From assembly GCA_977862235.1 (NCBI GenBank), contig OZ374560.1, forward strand, positions 1,364,001 through 1,428,000: a stretch of 64,000 nucleotides of DNA. Direction: 5' to 3'. The position numbers were made by a program, and so were the translations under genes. Below the pieces are notes generated by a model. The model was not told the DNA's origin. It was given only the letters and a program-made list of their open reading frames with translations, and made no database searches. The stretch is from Dudresnaya verticillata. Lineage: Eukaryota. The first letter of the stretch is position 1. Each line of letters begins with the position of its first letter. Below are positions 38,329-49,446 of the stretch, one piece after another.

Positions 38329-38652
38329 ATGGCGTCATCGCGAGACAATGGACATGAGGCCGGCACTGCAATGGACGTGGATACGAAAGCACTTCTCTCC
38401 GAGGTACGGGCTCTTCGAATGGAGGTAGACGCGCTACGAACTCGAGTGGAAAGCGCTCGGCAGAGAATGAGCGAGGTAACCACCAACGTCATGGACCGCT
38501 TGTCGAGGGTTGTGGTTCAGGCAGTGCACATCGCGAGAGCTGCGAGAAGAAGACTGCAAACCATCGAACGGCGTCTTGGGATACAAGTCCTGGGTGAAGA
38601 CGACCCTGAGTTGGATTCGGATATTGAGAACCAACTTCAACACAACTTCTGA
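38329..38652 (+). CDS. Small coiled-coil protein (107 aa)
   Basis: Heptads LLSEVRALRMEVDALRTRVE; acidic tail. Confidence 0.55.
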   Translation: MASSRDNGHEAGTAMDVDTKALLSEVRALRMEVDALRTRVESARQRMSEVTTNVMDRLSRVVVQAVHIARAARRRLQTIERRLGIQVLGEDDPELDSDIENQLQHNF

Positions 38653-38673
38653 AAAGCTCGACCAACACCCGAA

Positions 38674-38946
38674 ATGCCGTTGCCCCTTAACCCAACCGTT
38701 GGCGACGCACAGGTCGAGGTCATACGACTACGTCAACAAGTCACCCATCTGCGGAACGTAATCCGTGACCTGGAGGGCGAAGTGCAAAGCGCATCCAATT
38801 TCGTTCGCTACCTCATTCAAGAATTCGGGAGAAGGATAATAAGTGCGCTTCGTCATGCTCGGCGAAATGTACAGGACTTGCATCGTTCTGTACGTGCACT
38901 TAGGGAGGAAGTAGAACGCGATGTAGAAGATCCACTCTCGGAATAG
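38674..38946 (+). CDS. Small coiled-coil protein (90 aa)
   Basis: Heptads VIRLRQQVTHLRNVIRDLEGEV; starts 21 nt after the previous stop. Confidence 0.55.
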   Translation: MPLPLNPTVGDAQVEVIRLRQQVTHLRNVIRDLEGEVQSASNFVRYLIQEFGRRIISALRHARRNVQDLHRSVRALREEVERDVEDPLSE

Positions 38947-39488
38947 GCTTCGTGCAATTGTTGTAAACGATCTGATTTGATTGTCCATACCTGTTGCGAT
39001 GACAACCTTCGCAATGCCGTTTTCGGATCCACTCGAGCGCACACGCTTACCCACTGAGACATCCACATTGAGCAGACGGGAGAGAATATTACCCGCATGG
39101 GTTTCTTTGTCGCCCGCCATTTCGTATCACTTCTCGACCTCTGCGAGAATCTGCCCCTCTCCATTAACAAGCGAGTCCAGACCGACCGACACACGGTCGA
39201 CCAGGGGAAAGGCAGGCTCACCACGCTCCATCCGCTCAATATTAGCCACTTGTATCGAGCATATTCTCGGTCTCTGGCCTCAACATGAGCACGTTAACAA
39301 GCGCGTTGACGCAGCTCAGAAAGTCGTCCACCTGCTACTCAGCGAAGGCTTGCACACCTTCTGTTGCGACGCCGTTCCGACTCCAAGCGGATACTGGATA
39401 TCCCATGGCCGCTGCGGCCTTGCCGACGGTAGAGCCGACGGTGTCAGAGCCCATGCCACCAACTGCGAACCTGTACCGAGGGATGAAC

Positions 39489-39905
39489 GCTAGTTTCTGC
39501 CATCGCTTTTCTTGCTGGAACTTGAGGTATTATCCCAAGCCGATTTGAAGTTGAATAACCCAGTGCATGACATAGGCTGCCATGTCTATAGCAACATCGG
39601 GATCTACTAGGCGAACAATAGTTATGTGCTCCGGGATTTCATGCAGAGCAGGGTGGGCGGCTCTGCTTCCTACAAGGTGAATGGCGTGTTGGTTGGGTAG
39701 GCTCAACATTTGAGGTATTGGCATGTGCCAGATTACAAGATACTGGACTTGGCGCCACAGCTCTTCGTTTGGATCAATTACGGTCTTGTCAGCGCGCCAT
39801 TCCCCGACTTTAAAGTCAGGAAGCAGACGAGATAGCTCGCGCATCCACGCTAGGTTTTCACTCTCTATCTGGCAAAAATACTCGAGAACAATTGTGTCGG
39901 GCATG
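39489..39905 (-). pseudogene. Captured fragment: N-terminal half of a GhrA-like D-2-hydroxyacid dehydrogenase
   Basis: LPN..AIHL..IPEHITIVRLVDPDVAIDMAAYVMHWVI; after a stop, YLKFQQEKRWQ; the NAD-binding half is missing. Confidence 0.65.
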
Positions 39906-40124
39906 GTTGCACCTTGGACCGTTGCCGAGACTGGGCCCGTGGGATGCAACCCCTCACCCTCTGTAGCTTGCATAGCATCGGCAGCAGTAGCGGAAATACT
40001 CGCAGTAGTCTTGGCATAATCCGCGGTGGCAGAGTCGCTTGCTGCGGCCTTTCCTCTTGCCTTGAGGTTTCCATTATTAATGCTTCTCCCCGCGACTGCG
40101 AGCATCGGCGTCATCCGCAGTCTG

Positions 40125-40480
40125 GTATCACTGAACGAAGATAGATTCTTGAAAAACGTGCCATCGATAGGTCTGCTTAGCCTGAACGACAGTGGGAAAT
40201 TTCACCAGCAATTCGCTCGACGAACATCAGCCCCACCGCCGACGGCGTGGAAGCAAAATCGGAGTACTCCTTGAGCAGTCGCTCCCATTTCAGGAGCAGA
40301 TCATTCGCGTCGAGCAATGTGCGCAGCGCAGACGTCCTAGCAGCAGCCTCGCGGCGCTGCGCGAGGGTAGCGTGAAGGTCGCCGATCGGCTCATCCAGCA
40401 AGCCGAGCAGCGCGACCAAGTCGCGGCGGAGCGCTTCCAGCGGGACTGCGGCCGCGTCGACAAGCGGCTCCGAGGCGGCG
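40125..40480 (-). pseudogene. Captured fragment resembling the N-terminus of COG2 (conserved oligomeric Golgi subunit 2)
   Basis: PLEALRRDL..LAQRREAA..LRTLLD..KWERLLKE..VERIAGE; more GC-rich than its flanks. Confidence 0.45.
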
Positions 40481-41079
40481 ATGGCCGGGCCGAACGAGGT
40501 GAAGGTGTTGAAGCATGTAGACCGGCCCGAACAGCATGAAGGCGAGGAATAGTGCGAGGAATAGTACAGGAATCAGGGTGTCCAACCCGCATGCAGCGGC
40601 GGTGGTGGAGCAGAGAGACGCGTCGAGTACTTCTGTGAGGCAGTAGCTAATTCGTTTCTCGTGCGTGGGAGCTATCGACGAATATGGATATTTCTAATAG
40701 CTCCTCGGCGACGCCCAGATCGAAAAGCTATTTTCTTAGGTTTCACGATTCCGCTTCCTGAATAGCTATGTAGCTAACGAGATTACCTCCAGGCAAATAT
40801 CTACTTTTTTAGGTTTTTTTCATTCTGACTAAATGGGGAGCTATGTAGCTCCGGCGGAGTCGCAAATCAAAAACCTATGAAAATAGATGTTTCATTTGGC
40901 GCATCTCAACATCTATTGGCCAATATCTATATTCGTTTATAGCTTTTCCAGATCTGCGTCCTGGTTTGCTACTGATCTCAATGTGTTACACAGGGCCTGG
41001 CCCACCTCTTCGTACTACCATCTCTTGCTTTGCACGTCCCTCTCCGCCTCCGCAACCCCCCGTTCCCCCGTTCGGGAGA

Positions 41080-41690
41080 TTGATTCACCCAAGCCCTTGA
41101 AGCATCACACTAGCTTTATCAACTATGTCTGCTTCTCCCCGGGCAGCTCCAAGCTCGCCATTGCGTCCTCGGATAGGTCCATTAGCATTGTCGACGTCGC
41201 CGAGGCGGACGTTATCGCCACTTTCAAGCGGCACACTGCGTCTGTCACTGGCCTGTGTTGGGCGGATGACGGCTCCAAACTTCTGTACTCGTCGAATGAC
41301 AAAACTACCCGCATTTGAAGCATTCCAGATGGCGAGTGCCTATCCACTGTCACCTTCGGCTCTAATGTCATGGACATGCAGGTGGGCTGCACCATTGCCC
41401 GCAACACTGGCGAAGTAGTGTTCGGCTCGCTGCATTCTGAGATATTTATCACTGGAGCCGATGGAAAGCGCAAGACCGTCATGCGCGGCCACGCAATGCA
41501 GAGTGTCGGCATTGCCGATGTGGCAGATAAGGTCTACTCGTCAGACTACTCGGGGCTCATGTTTGCTTGGACCTGCTCTTCAACGGCAAGGGCCCAAACC
41601 ACTGCTGTTTGTTCTATTCCTGCTAATGACCAAATTGTCGCGAATGTTGGACAGGACGTAAAGGTTTTCATCAGGATGGGGTGTCTCACG
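41080..41690 (+). pseudogene. Captured fragment of a WD40 protein, AIP1/WDR1-like
   Basis: HTSFINYVCFSP..HTASVTGLCW..DKTTRI* (W changed to stop), then DMQVGC..GH..YSSDYSG..W in the same frame. Confidence 0.7.
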
Positions 41691-41874
41691 GTGAGGGCAG
41701 GATGCGAGTTCTTGCATGTCACTTCGTATCTATAGCAGCGCACGAACCGGTCTCATACTCCTGGGCGCTACTACATGAGGCTGAAACTCAACTCCTAAAC
41801 ATATTTATTCACTATCAATCGTCCCATGGCATCATTTCGAGCAACCGATAGCCGCTCGCAAGGCTTTGTGGTCC

Positions 41875-44800
41875 CTACGCGATATTTTCCGATCGCATGT
41901 CCAGGGCTTCCCTAATTTTCCGTTGCGCAGTGACCGGGATCCCACCATTTGTTAAACGAGCAAACTCGACCAATACGGAGTTTTGAGGGACTTTATCTCT
42001 CCATGGAATGGTTTGGTCGACACCTTTGGTGACTTTTGCTTTTTTGTACCTCCCTGTAAACGTATTGCCTCTGCCCGTACTCCTCTCGTACCACTCCACC
42101 TCCAGAGTTGTTATCCTCCCCGTTTGGTTAGAATTCCAGTCCATGATTTGGCCAAACCAGAATGGACAATTTTCAGTACAGTCATCTCCCAGAACCGCTA
42201 CGAAGCTGTTCTTAGTATAAGGTAGGTCCTGCCTCACAACTTGCTCTTCTCCTGAATCGGCTTTGGAATCGGAATCGGATTCACCAGCGGGAACGATGCC
42301 ACTAGGCTTGTAAGAACCGTCTAATTCAAAGACATCCGGCAATGACCAGTGTAAAGGGGTCATCGCGGTCCGAATAAACTCTATCTCGGAGTGCCAGCAG
42401 TTTCTGCAACTTTGTGTGGTCGTTGATTCTTGTTTCCTCGGAACGCAGACGATTAGTAATTTCGTGCTCGTCGGGTGGGGAGCGACACGGTGTAGGCGGG
42501 GTTTTGCTTAAGTCTGGCGGGAATAACAAGAATCCTCCCTGTCCGTCTTTTGTTTGTAGTGGTTTCCAGGATTCCTTGCTCCATATCTTGACTTCGCAGC
42601 GTGTTTTAAACTTAGTAGGATGTGAGGCCAAAGGGCCTTCCGTTGTAAAGCGAAAGTACCGATACTCGGAAGTGGCCTCCGTTCGTCCGAGACACTCCTC
42701 CATGTTGCACAACCCGGAGAAATTAGCAACATGGCGTATTTCTGTAACGCGCGGCTGGGGTGTGTAGGAATGTCGCAATTCGTGCATCAGATCGTCCATA
42801 GTAATTGCATCTCCTACCCGCAGTCTCCTTGCTGTGCAGCTAAATACCTGGTCGATATCAGCATGTGTGTGCCCAATAGGTAGGAACGATGCATGCACTT
42901 CGCAAAACACACCCATGGCAACGAGAAACTCTAAGTACCCGAATAGATACTTGTTCTTGTTTTCCCTTGTACAGTTGTCGGCCTGGACATACAAAGTTCC
43001 CTTGAGTGGAATTCTGTCCCTACGGGACATTAGCATTCTGTGCAACGCCTCAATGACGTGATTGGCACCGGTCTCAAATTCACCAGTCATTGTGAATAGG
43101 TGGAGGTTCGCAGTTTGACCGTTCCAGGACACCAACAACCTTCGCCTTCAAGGCGTGCCCGCGAGTATCCTTCCGCTTGACATGGAAGTGGGGAATTCCG
43201 AACGCGGACTGATCTGCACCATCGATTATTGCAGAGCAGTAGCTCTTCGGGTGCATAGATGCCATTTCGCATTTCTTGCGATACTCTGTCCTCTCCGTCA
43301 TGATCGCTTTGACATGTCGTGACCGATGCTCACGAAGCGCTTCCGTGCCAGGAAGATCTGTAGTAGCCTTTGCCAGCAAGTCTTTGATATGTTCGCATTC
43401 AGGGCATTTCGCAAACCTATGCGTGCGCCGTACCTTGATTTGTGGGCAGTATCGAGTCCAGATGCTGTAAAAGTAGCTTTGAGATGGCGTCTCTCGCCTC
43501 GGATACAGAGCGTCATGTTCTTTCTTAAACGTGTTGTAAACTGCGAGTTTCTGATAGAACGGAAGATGAATCTCCTGCTTGTCGGGTTGCGCGTCCCCAG
43601 AGACTTCCGCAAGGCGCTCCAGAAAAGAGACGATGACTTCCAGTTGCTCAGTAGAAGAAGAAGTGACAGCGAGCCCTCTACCCTTCCTTTCACGACTGAG
43701 ATTGGTCCCCTTCACAACGGACTGAAGGTCTCTGGAAAAGCCGAACGCCCTCTCCAGAAATGTGTAGCATACAGGACGACCGCTAAAAAAATAAATGTTG
43801 GAGTTGTGCTCAAGAAGCCCTGCGAGGTAGCCTTTTCTCTCGGCCCCGTTCTGCGCCATGACTTTGCGCGACTCCGCTATGACATAAACAGGCTCGATAG
43901 TGGCGAAGCACTGCTTCGTCTTGCAGCAGTAGATACCGGACATGTCCTGACTCTCCAACGTTTCCAATACCCTCCGCCTTTTCGCCTGCATTATTGACCC
44001 TGAAAGGGCTCCTTCCGGGCGGTTGACATACCTGTATTGGCGTTTGCGCTTATCCCGCGAGGCTTGCAGTCTATCATTGTTAGCCTCTTTATCAACATCC
44101 CTGGTCTCCGTTGGGGTCCAGTCTGGTGACTCGTCAGCGTCCGGTGTGTGTTTATCGTCAGGACGCACACTATCATCATTGCTATCATTTGTTGGTGACT
44201 CGTCCCTCCTTGTGGTACACAATTCAACTTCATCCGAGGCGTTGCGACTCCCTTTTTCGCCATTATTCGCAGTATCCAATGCGTACGGACGACGGCACAT
44301 GGGAGCTTGTCGCTCAGGAGTGTAGATGAGTAAGGGCTGTTCCGGGACAGGCGAAGGCGTTCTTTCCTTGGTTTGCTCGATACCTTCACCAGGAAGTGCC
44401 TCAGCCACTGAGTCTGTACTGGTTCTATTCTCCTGTAACGACCGTTTCGGAGATTCAGAACGGGGAGTAGGTATTTTAGTTCCCATCCCTATCGTTGTAG
44501 CAATGCGCTGGAGTAGACCAGGCCTCGCTTTCCGTGATGGAAGCACCCTTCGAGCAACACGGCCATCATTTGCCGTATTACTTGTCAGTTTCGACTTGAC
44601 AGGGATATTCCCTTGCGCACCCCTGTAGTTTCCTCTTCCGTTTGCTTTCTCTTCCCATTTTTTATCTGCTCCCTGTCCCAAACATGAATTCCCACATTGA
44701 GTCCAGAAAGAGTGGGCGGTGGGGGCTCCAGTCCTGGGTACTTGTATTTGTAACGACTTTGAAGATGGTCTTTGTGAACGTTGACATTGTATATGACTAC

Positions 44801-45175
44801 CCATGTCTCGCCCTTACCTTGCAACGCCTTCAGCGAACGACCATGCATCTTCACCTTGAAAGCTCCCGTGTCATCCGCTTCTTCGGGTGCTGACGGCCTC
44901 ATTGGCTCAACCGTGCCTACCTCCTTTCTATCCATCATAAGTACGACACTCCTCGCCTGTACATGTTGCCTATCGCGCTGTTTGACGGAATCAGAACCGG
45001 GAGACTTGACGGTAACCATTATTTCGCGCTTCTCTTCGTGTTCTTCCTGCATATGCTCGTCGTTACGCAGATTGCAAGGCGTAGGATGGCACCCCGCAGT
45101 CGTTGGAGCGTTTCTTATGTCCGCAGTGACAACTTTAGCCATGCGTCTCTGCGCATTCTCCCGATCGCGACCCAT
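41875..45175 (-). pseudogene. DDE transposase of Sola1/DUF7869 type (~1100 aa reconstructed) with three frameshifts (~44660, ~43120, ~42353)
   Basis: CC..C and C..C Zn-like motifs; IIDGADQ, LYVQADNCTRENKN and FLPIGHTHADIDQVFS; C-terminal FVAV..PFWFG..VEWY barrel-like domain. Confidence 0.85.
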
Positions 45176-46994
45176 ATCGCTTTCGTGATTGTGGGGTGAG
45201 ATATCGATGTTCCACTGTTCGTATCTCTTCCTTGCCAGTGGAATGCGTGCACAGAAGAGTTGCCGGTGAGGGGCCTTCCGGAGTGGAATGCAGGAGGTTT
45301 CTACATCTCCAAGGCGTAAAAGAACGGTATTGGGTAGGGTGTACCTGGTTCGCGAACCTCGCGAGGGAGTGGTGTCGCTGCAGATGCAGTGTAGCCAGAC
45401 TGAGAATATGGGTACCCTTCGGGATACGCAGTCGCTGGAACTTACGGTTACGTGAAGAAAGAGAAGCAAGCAAGCATTTCAGTACGATTCCGGAATCGGA
45501 CTCACTGGTGAGTTGGCATTCGGGACAGCGTGTGGAGATGATCTTGAAACGAGTGGTGGAGGCGTTTGCTGCGATTTAGATCGTGATCGAGGCGTGCGAT
45601 TTTAGTAGACTAGCCACTCTGGATCCAAAGATTCAGCCATATCATTCATTGGGGTCCACAGCAGTGATGAATGACTAATAGGCCACCGTCTATGCCAATC
45701 AGAACCTGTGTCAACCCTGGACATGTTCCTTTTGCTGCAAGTGCAACACTTTCATACACGAGTATGGTCTTGAAGAGTATCTGTATTTGCGTGGAACCAG
45801 CTTATGGGATGGTTGGAGGTCCCGGCGGAGTGGACGGTGGTAAGTTCTGAATCAGAGGGGTGAGTGGGATTTGGGTGTAATGGGCAATAAGGGCGACATT
45901 CCGTGTGGCTTTGAGCAAGATTTGTTTCTACGTACTGTCTGTGCAAATACGTCGCAGTAGGAATCTTCTGACTTGAGGGAGATTATAAGTCAGTAGTTGT
46001 GGAGTTGACTGGTAAAGGTCCTACGGTTAACATATACATGACGCCCGCCGCAGTTCAAATATGCAGCGGAGCACTCCGCTGCCCCTCCTGGCGTCGGTCT
46101 CACGTTGTTGCGTGGCCCGCGCGCTGGAGCTCATGATAGCCTCGCCAACTTTACTAGACGTGAGGCGCAAGCATCACGATCGTGACGATACGAGCTGGAC
46201 GCAAAGGTCATTCGGCCCCATGGCGTGCAAGGCAAGGTGATCTGAAAGGGGCATTTGTGACTTCACTAAACATGTTTATTGTGCACAATAACAAAGCCTC
46301 TTCATTGATAACGCGAGAACCATAATGTGTAATCCGAATGCCAGCGCCGAGTCTGTGAGGAGAGTAATGTTGGGTTGGTGGTCCTCGATGTTGCACCTCA
46401 TCTTATCTCGACCAACTTTATTCAGACCCATTCAAGCATCACGACGCGAGCATGATGCAAAGAACATTCAGCCGCGGCTGCGCGCGTGGTGTACAAGGAA
46501 TTGTCGCAAAACAACAGAGGATATTTGACCATTGCCGTGTGGGTCACATCCTGGTAAGGACGAGGCCAGTATCGTGCATACGAGCCGGAAACCTCAGCAC
46601 ATTCAGCACCGTACCTGCAGCATGGAAGCACAATGACAGGGGACGCGGCAATATAAAGATGGGCAGCTGCCAAATGTCGCCAGCTTCGGAAGCATGTCCC
46701 ACCAGCACGTCCTGCTGACCGAGTATCGTCGATTGTATATGCAACGGGTTTTGAGCATGCCGAATGGTCTCAATCCTGACGCTTCATAGGAGCAGTGTCG
46801 TGGGATTTCGGACGCCATTCTTAACCACGATACCAGTGTGTAGGATGTGAGCCCCCCGTCAAGGTTGAATGAGGTGATCAAACACCGCATTTCTTTCCTC
46901 CTGAAAACGCCTGCGAAGTTGACTCGAGTCGAGGGTTGTTGATCAATAGGTCAGCGTGGAGACACGGGCCCAAACAGTGAAGCAAAGTGACGAA

Positions 46995-47264
46995 ATGTTA
47001 TCTTCCGACACAGCTCCAGAACGCCTAGTACAAGAACTTAGGGCACTCCGCGGTGAAGTCATCGAGACGCGCGGAGTTGCCCTGGCCGAGCTGGATACAA
47101 CTTTCTGGCTCCGAGACCAGCTCATGGGATGGGCACGCGATATGATGGCGAGAGCTGGGCAGGTTGGGGAGGGGGTGATGAGGGGAGCACGGGATGTGTT
47201 AGGGATGCTAGGCTGGACGGTCCCGTTGGATTGGACCGTAGAAGATCCTGAATCAGAGGCGTGA
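46995..47264 (+). CDS. 89-aa helical protein of unknown function, copy B
   Basis: Inverted paralog of 32253-32522; a third remnant (QLMGWLEVPAEWTV..SE) lies at ~45798-45863. Confidence 0.6.
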   Translation: MLSSDTAPERLVQELRALRGEVIETRGVALAELDTTFWLRDQLMGWARDMMARAGQVGEGVMRGARDVLGMLGWTVPLDWTVEDPESEA

Positions 47265-48744
47265 GTGGGTTTGGATATCAAGGTGGTTTGGATGTAAAGG
47301 GTATTAAACAAAGCTTTGTGTGTGGTGTTGAACCCGTCTTGTCCGAAGGTATTGCCACAGCAGATAATGTTCGCTGAGATGGAACAGCGCAGCAAGTTAA
47401 ACGGTTATTAACCATGAAGCTAATAGCTTCACAGTGAAGGACGTCTACAAGGTCGTCTTTCTCAAGAAGACCGCCGAGGTAGGGCCAGAGCATCACGATT
47501 TGCCCATGGTGCAAGCGCCTGGGGTGCCGGATACGATGAGAGGCGACGACGCGAAGTTCTCATCATGTGGACCTCTCCCAATATTAATGATATAAAGTTC
47601 TCATCATGTGGAGCTCTGCCAATATTAATACTTGTTACGCAGTTTGTCGCCGTCAGCGTCAATCTTCACCGTTTGACTCCTGCAGATTTGCCTCCTATGT
47701 AGTGCTTACGAGTATCCAGTAGGGATGCTCTAGCTTTATGCTTTCGTAAAGTGACGTCTACCCCCAATATTAAGACTTACTGAGATTGACAAGAAGGGAA
47801 ACGTCGGTGCAGGGCCAGGCGCTGTGCTGCGTCGTGGGTAGTTAACTTTGTAATGTAAGGAGTCCGTATTTGCAGAATGCAAACATTGTTAGTAGTGTGC
47901 CCTAGGGCAGCACCCACCATGCCGTAACAAGACTGCGAGGGCCCACCGCAATCCGTCGCTTGGTGATACTGTGATTGCATTTAACGACGATAGTTGTGCT
48001 GACACGATACGCAATTCAATGCTTTGGACAGGGGTCGCCATGAGGTGGGATAACGGCGGACTTCCGCTCAACCTGAACCTCCTCTTTTCAGTCCCACCAA
48101 GCCACAGATTCCGAATGAAACGAAAAACATTATGGCGAAAGCTACTCCTGCTGGCGCTGAAGAATTAGCGAAACCAAGACAGACCGCCGTCGCCGTTGAA
48201 GGTATTCAGCAAGAGGCGACTGTGATGGATGGAAACAGTTGACGATTTGCGAAGAGCCACAACAGGTCCACTTCCCTTTTGTGTCAGAGTAAGAACGAAT
48301 TGGACACGATTTTCAGGATTCAGAACCTAGTCGCTTGTGGGCTGAATATATTCTATCTTCTCTGGGAGGCGAGTTCAGTACGTGGCTGAGTAATCTGAAG
48401 AGCTTCAATGACGTTGTTGTTAGTGTCTCCGGCAATTCTGTTTATGGATCAGCAGTGCATACCGTAGTCGCATGTCGTTAGCGACTGAATCTAAGCCGTT
48501 TTGACAACCGCAGCAATATCCCAAAGCACCCCATCACACATCACCCGCACCCTGCTCCTCCCTCTCCACGCCTAGACGTGGAGTAATTTTTCTGGCTGGT
48601 ATCAAAAATATTCTCTCGGCCGCGGGTTAGAAAACAACCCGATCCTGCTGAAACAAGTCAGTTGTGGCGCTCTGCGCCCCAAGTGAATCACCCACACGCT
48701 TGCCACGGGCCAGCATGAAGCAAGCCGTCTCATCCGTGGCCGCA

Positions 48745-49446
48745 GTCGTGCCCACAAGCCCTTCACCGCCTTTCCCCGCCGTGAGCTTAGCGAGGGAACA
48801 ACACTTCGCACTGCCGTCGCGTCTGACGGCGATTACTGGACCAACTAAATCAGTGAGGCCGGAGCTCCGGACTCCTAGGAGTAGTCGCGCAGGTACTGAG
48901 CTATATATGGAGGTGCTTGTTGGGTCAGGCGCACATCTGTACAGCTTGAGAACGCGGTGACGGTGATCTGTATGCGTTCCCGTACGGACGCGCACAGGAC
49001 AGTACAGTAGGTGCGGTGAGAAGGCGTGGCGCGGCAGAGTAGGGGCTGCGGAAACAGGGCCGCGCACGCATCTGCGGTGCGGTGCGCGGGGGGGCACGAT
49101 ACAACCGGGGCATTGTGTGTCATGGGGGGGCGTGCCGTGGCATCAGGGAGAGGGGGGCGAGCGCATGGGGCAGGTGGGGACCGGGTGGACCAATTTGGCC
49201 CAGTCCGGACCACGGAGTGGCCCAGCCGGGCCAAATCGACGCAACGAAATTAAATTTCGGAAAGCCTTGAATTATTTTGTCTAAAATCACGCAAACCGCC
49301 ATAACTTTGGAACAAATGGTACGTTGGCCAATTGGATTTCACCATCATACTCAGGGCACGCTCCCCTTTCAAACGATACCATAAAATAGCTATTCGACTC
49401 CAGTCTGTTTTCAGAGTCAGATTCTGGAATGGCTTAAATGGGTGTT
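48745..49446 (-). repeat. Right TIR
   Basis: Reverse complement of the left end; high identity over the terminal ~470 bp. Confidence 0.9.

Larger units (their letters stand above)
31159..49446. mobile_element. Giant (18,288 bp) TIR DNA transposon, Sola/DUF7869-like, carrying a ParB-methyltransferase gene
   Basis: Ends AACACCCATTTAAGCC..GGCTTAAATGGGTGTT; 4-bp TSD GAGC at 31155-31158 and 49447-49450; removal restores the integrase reading frame. Confidence 0.92.
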
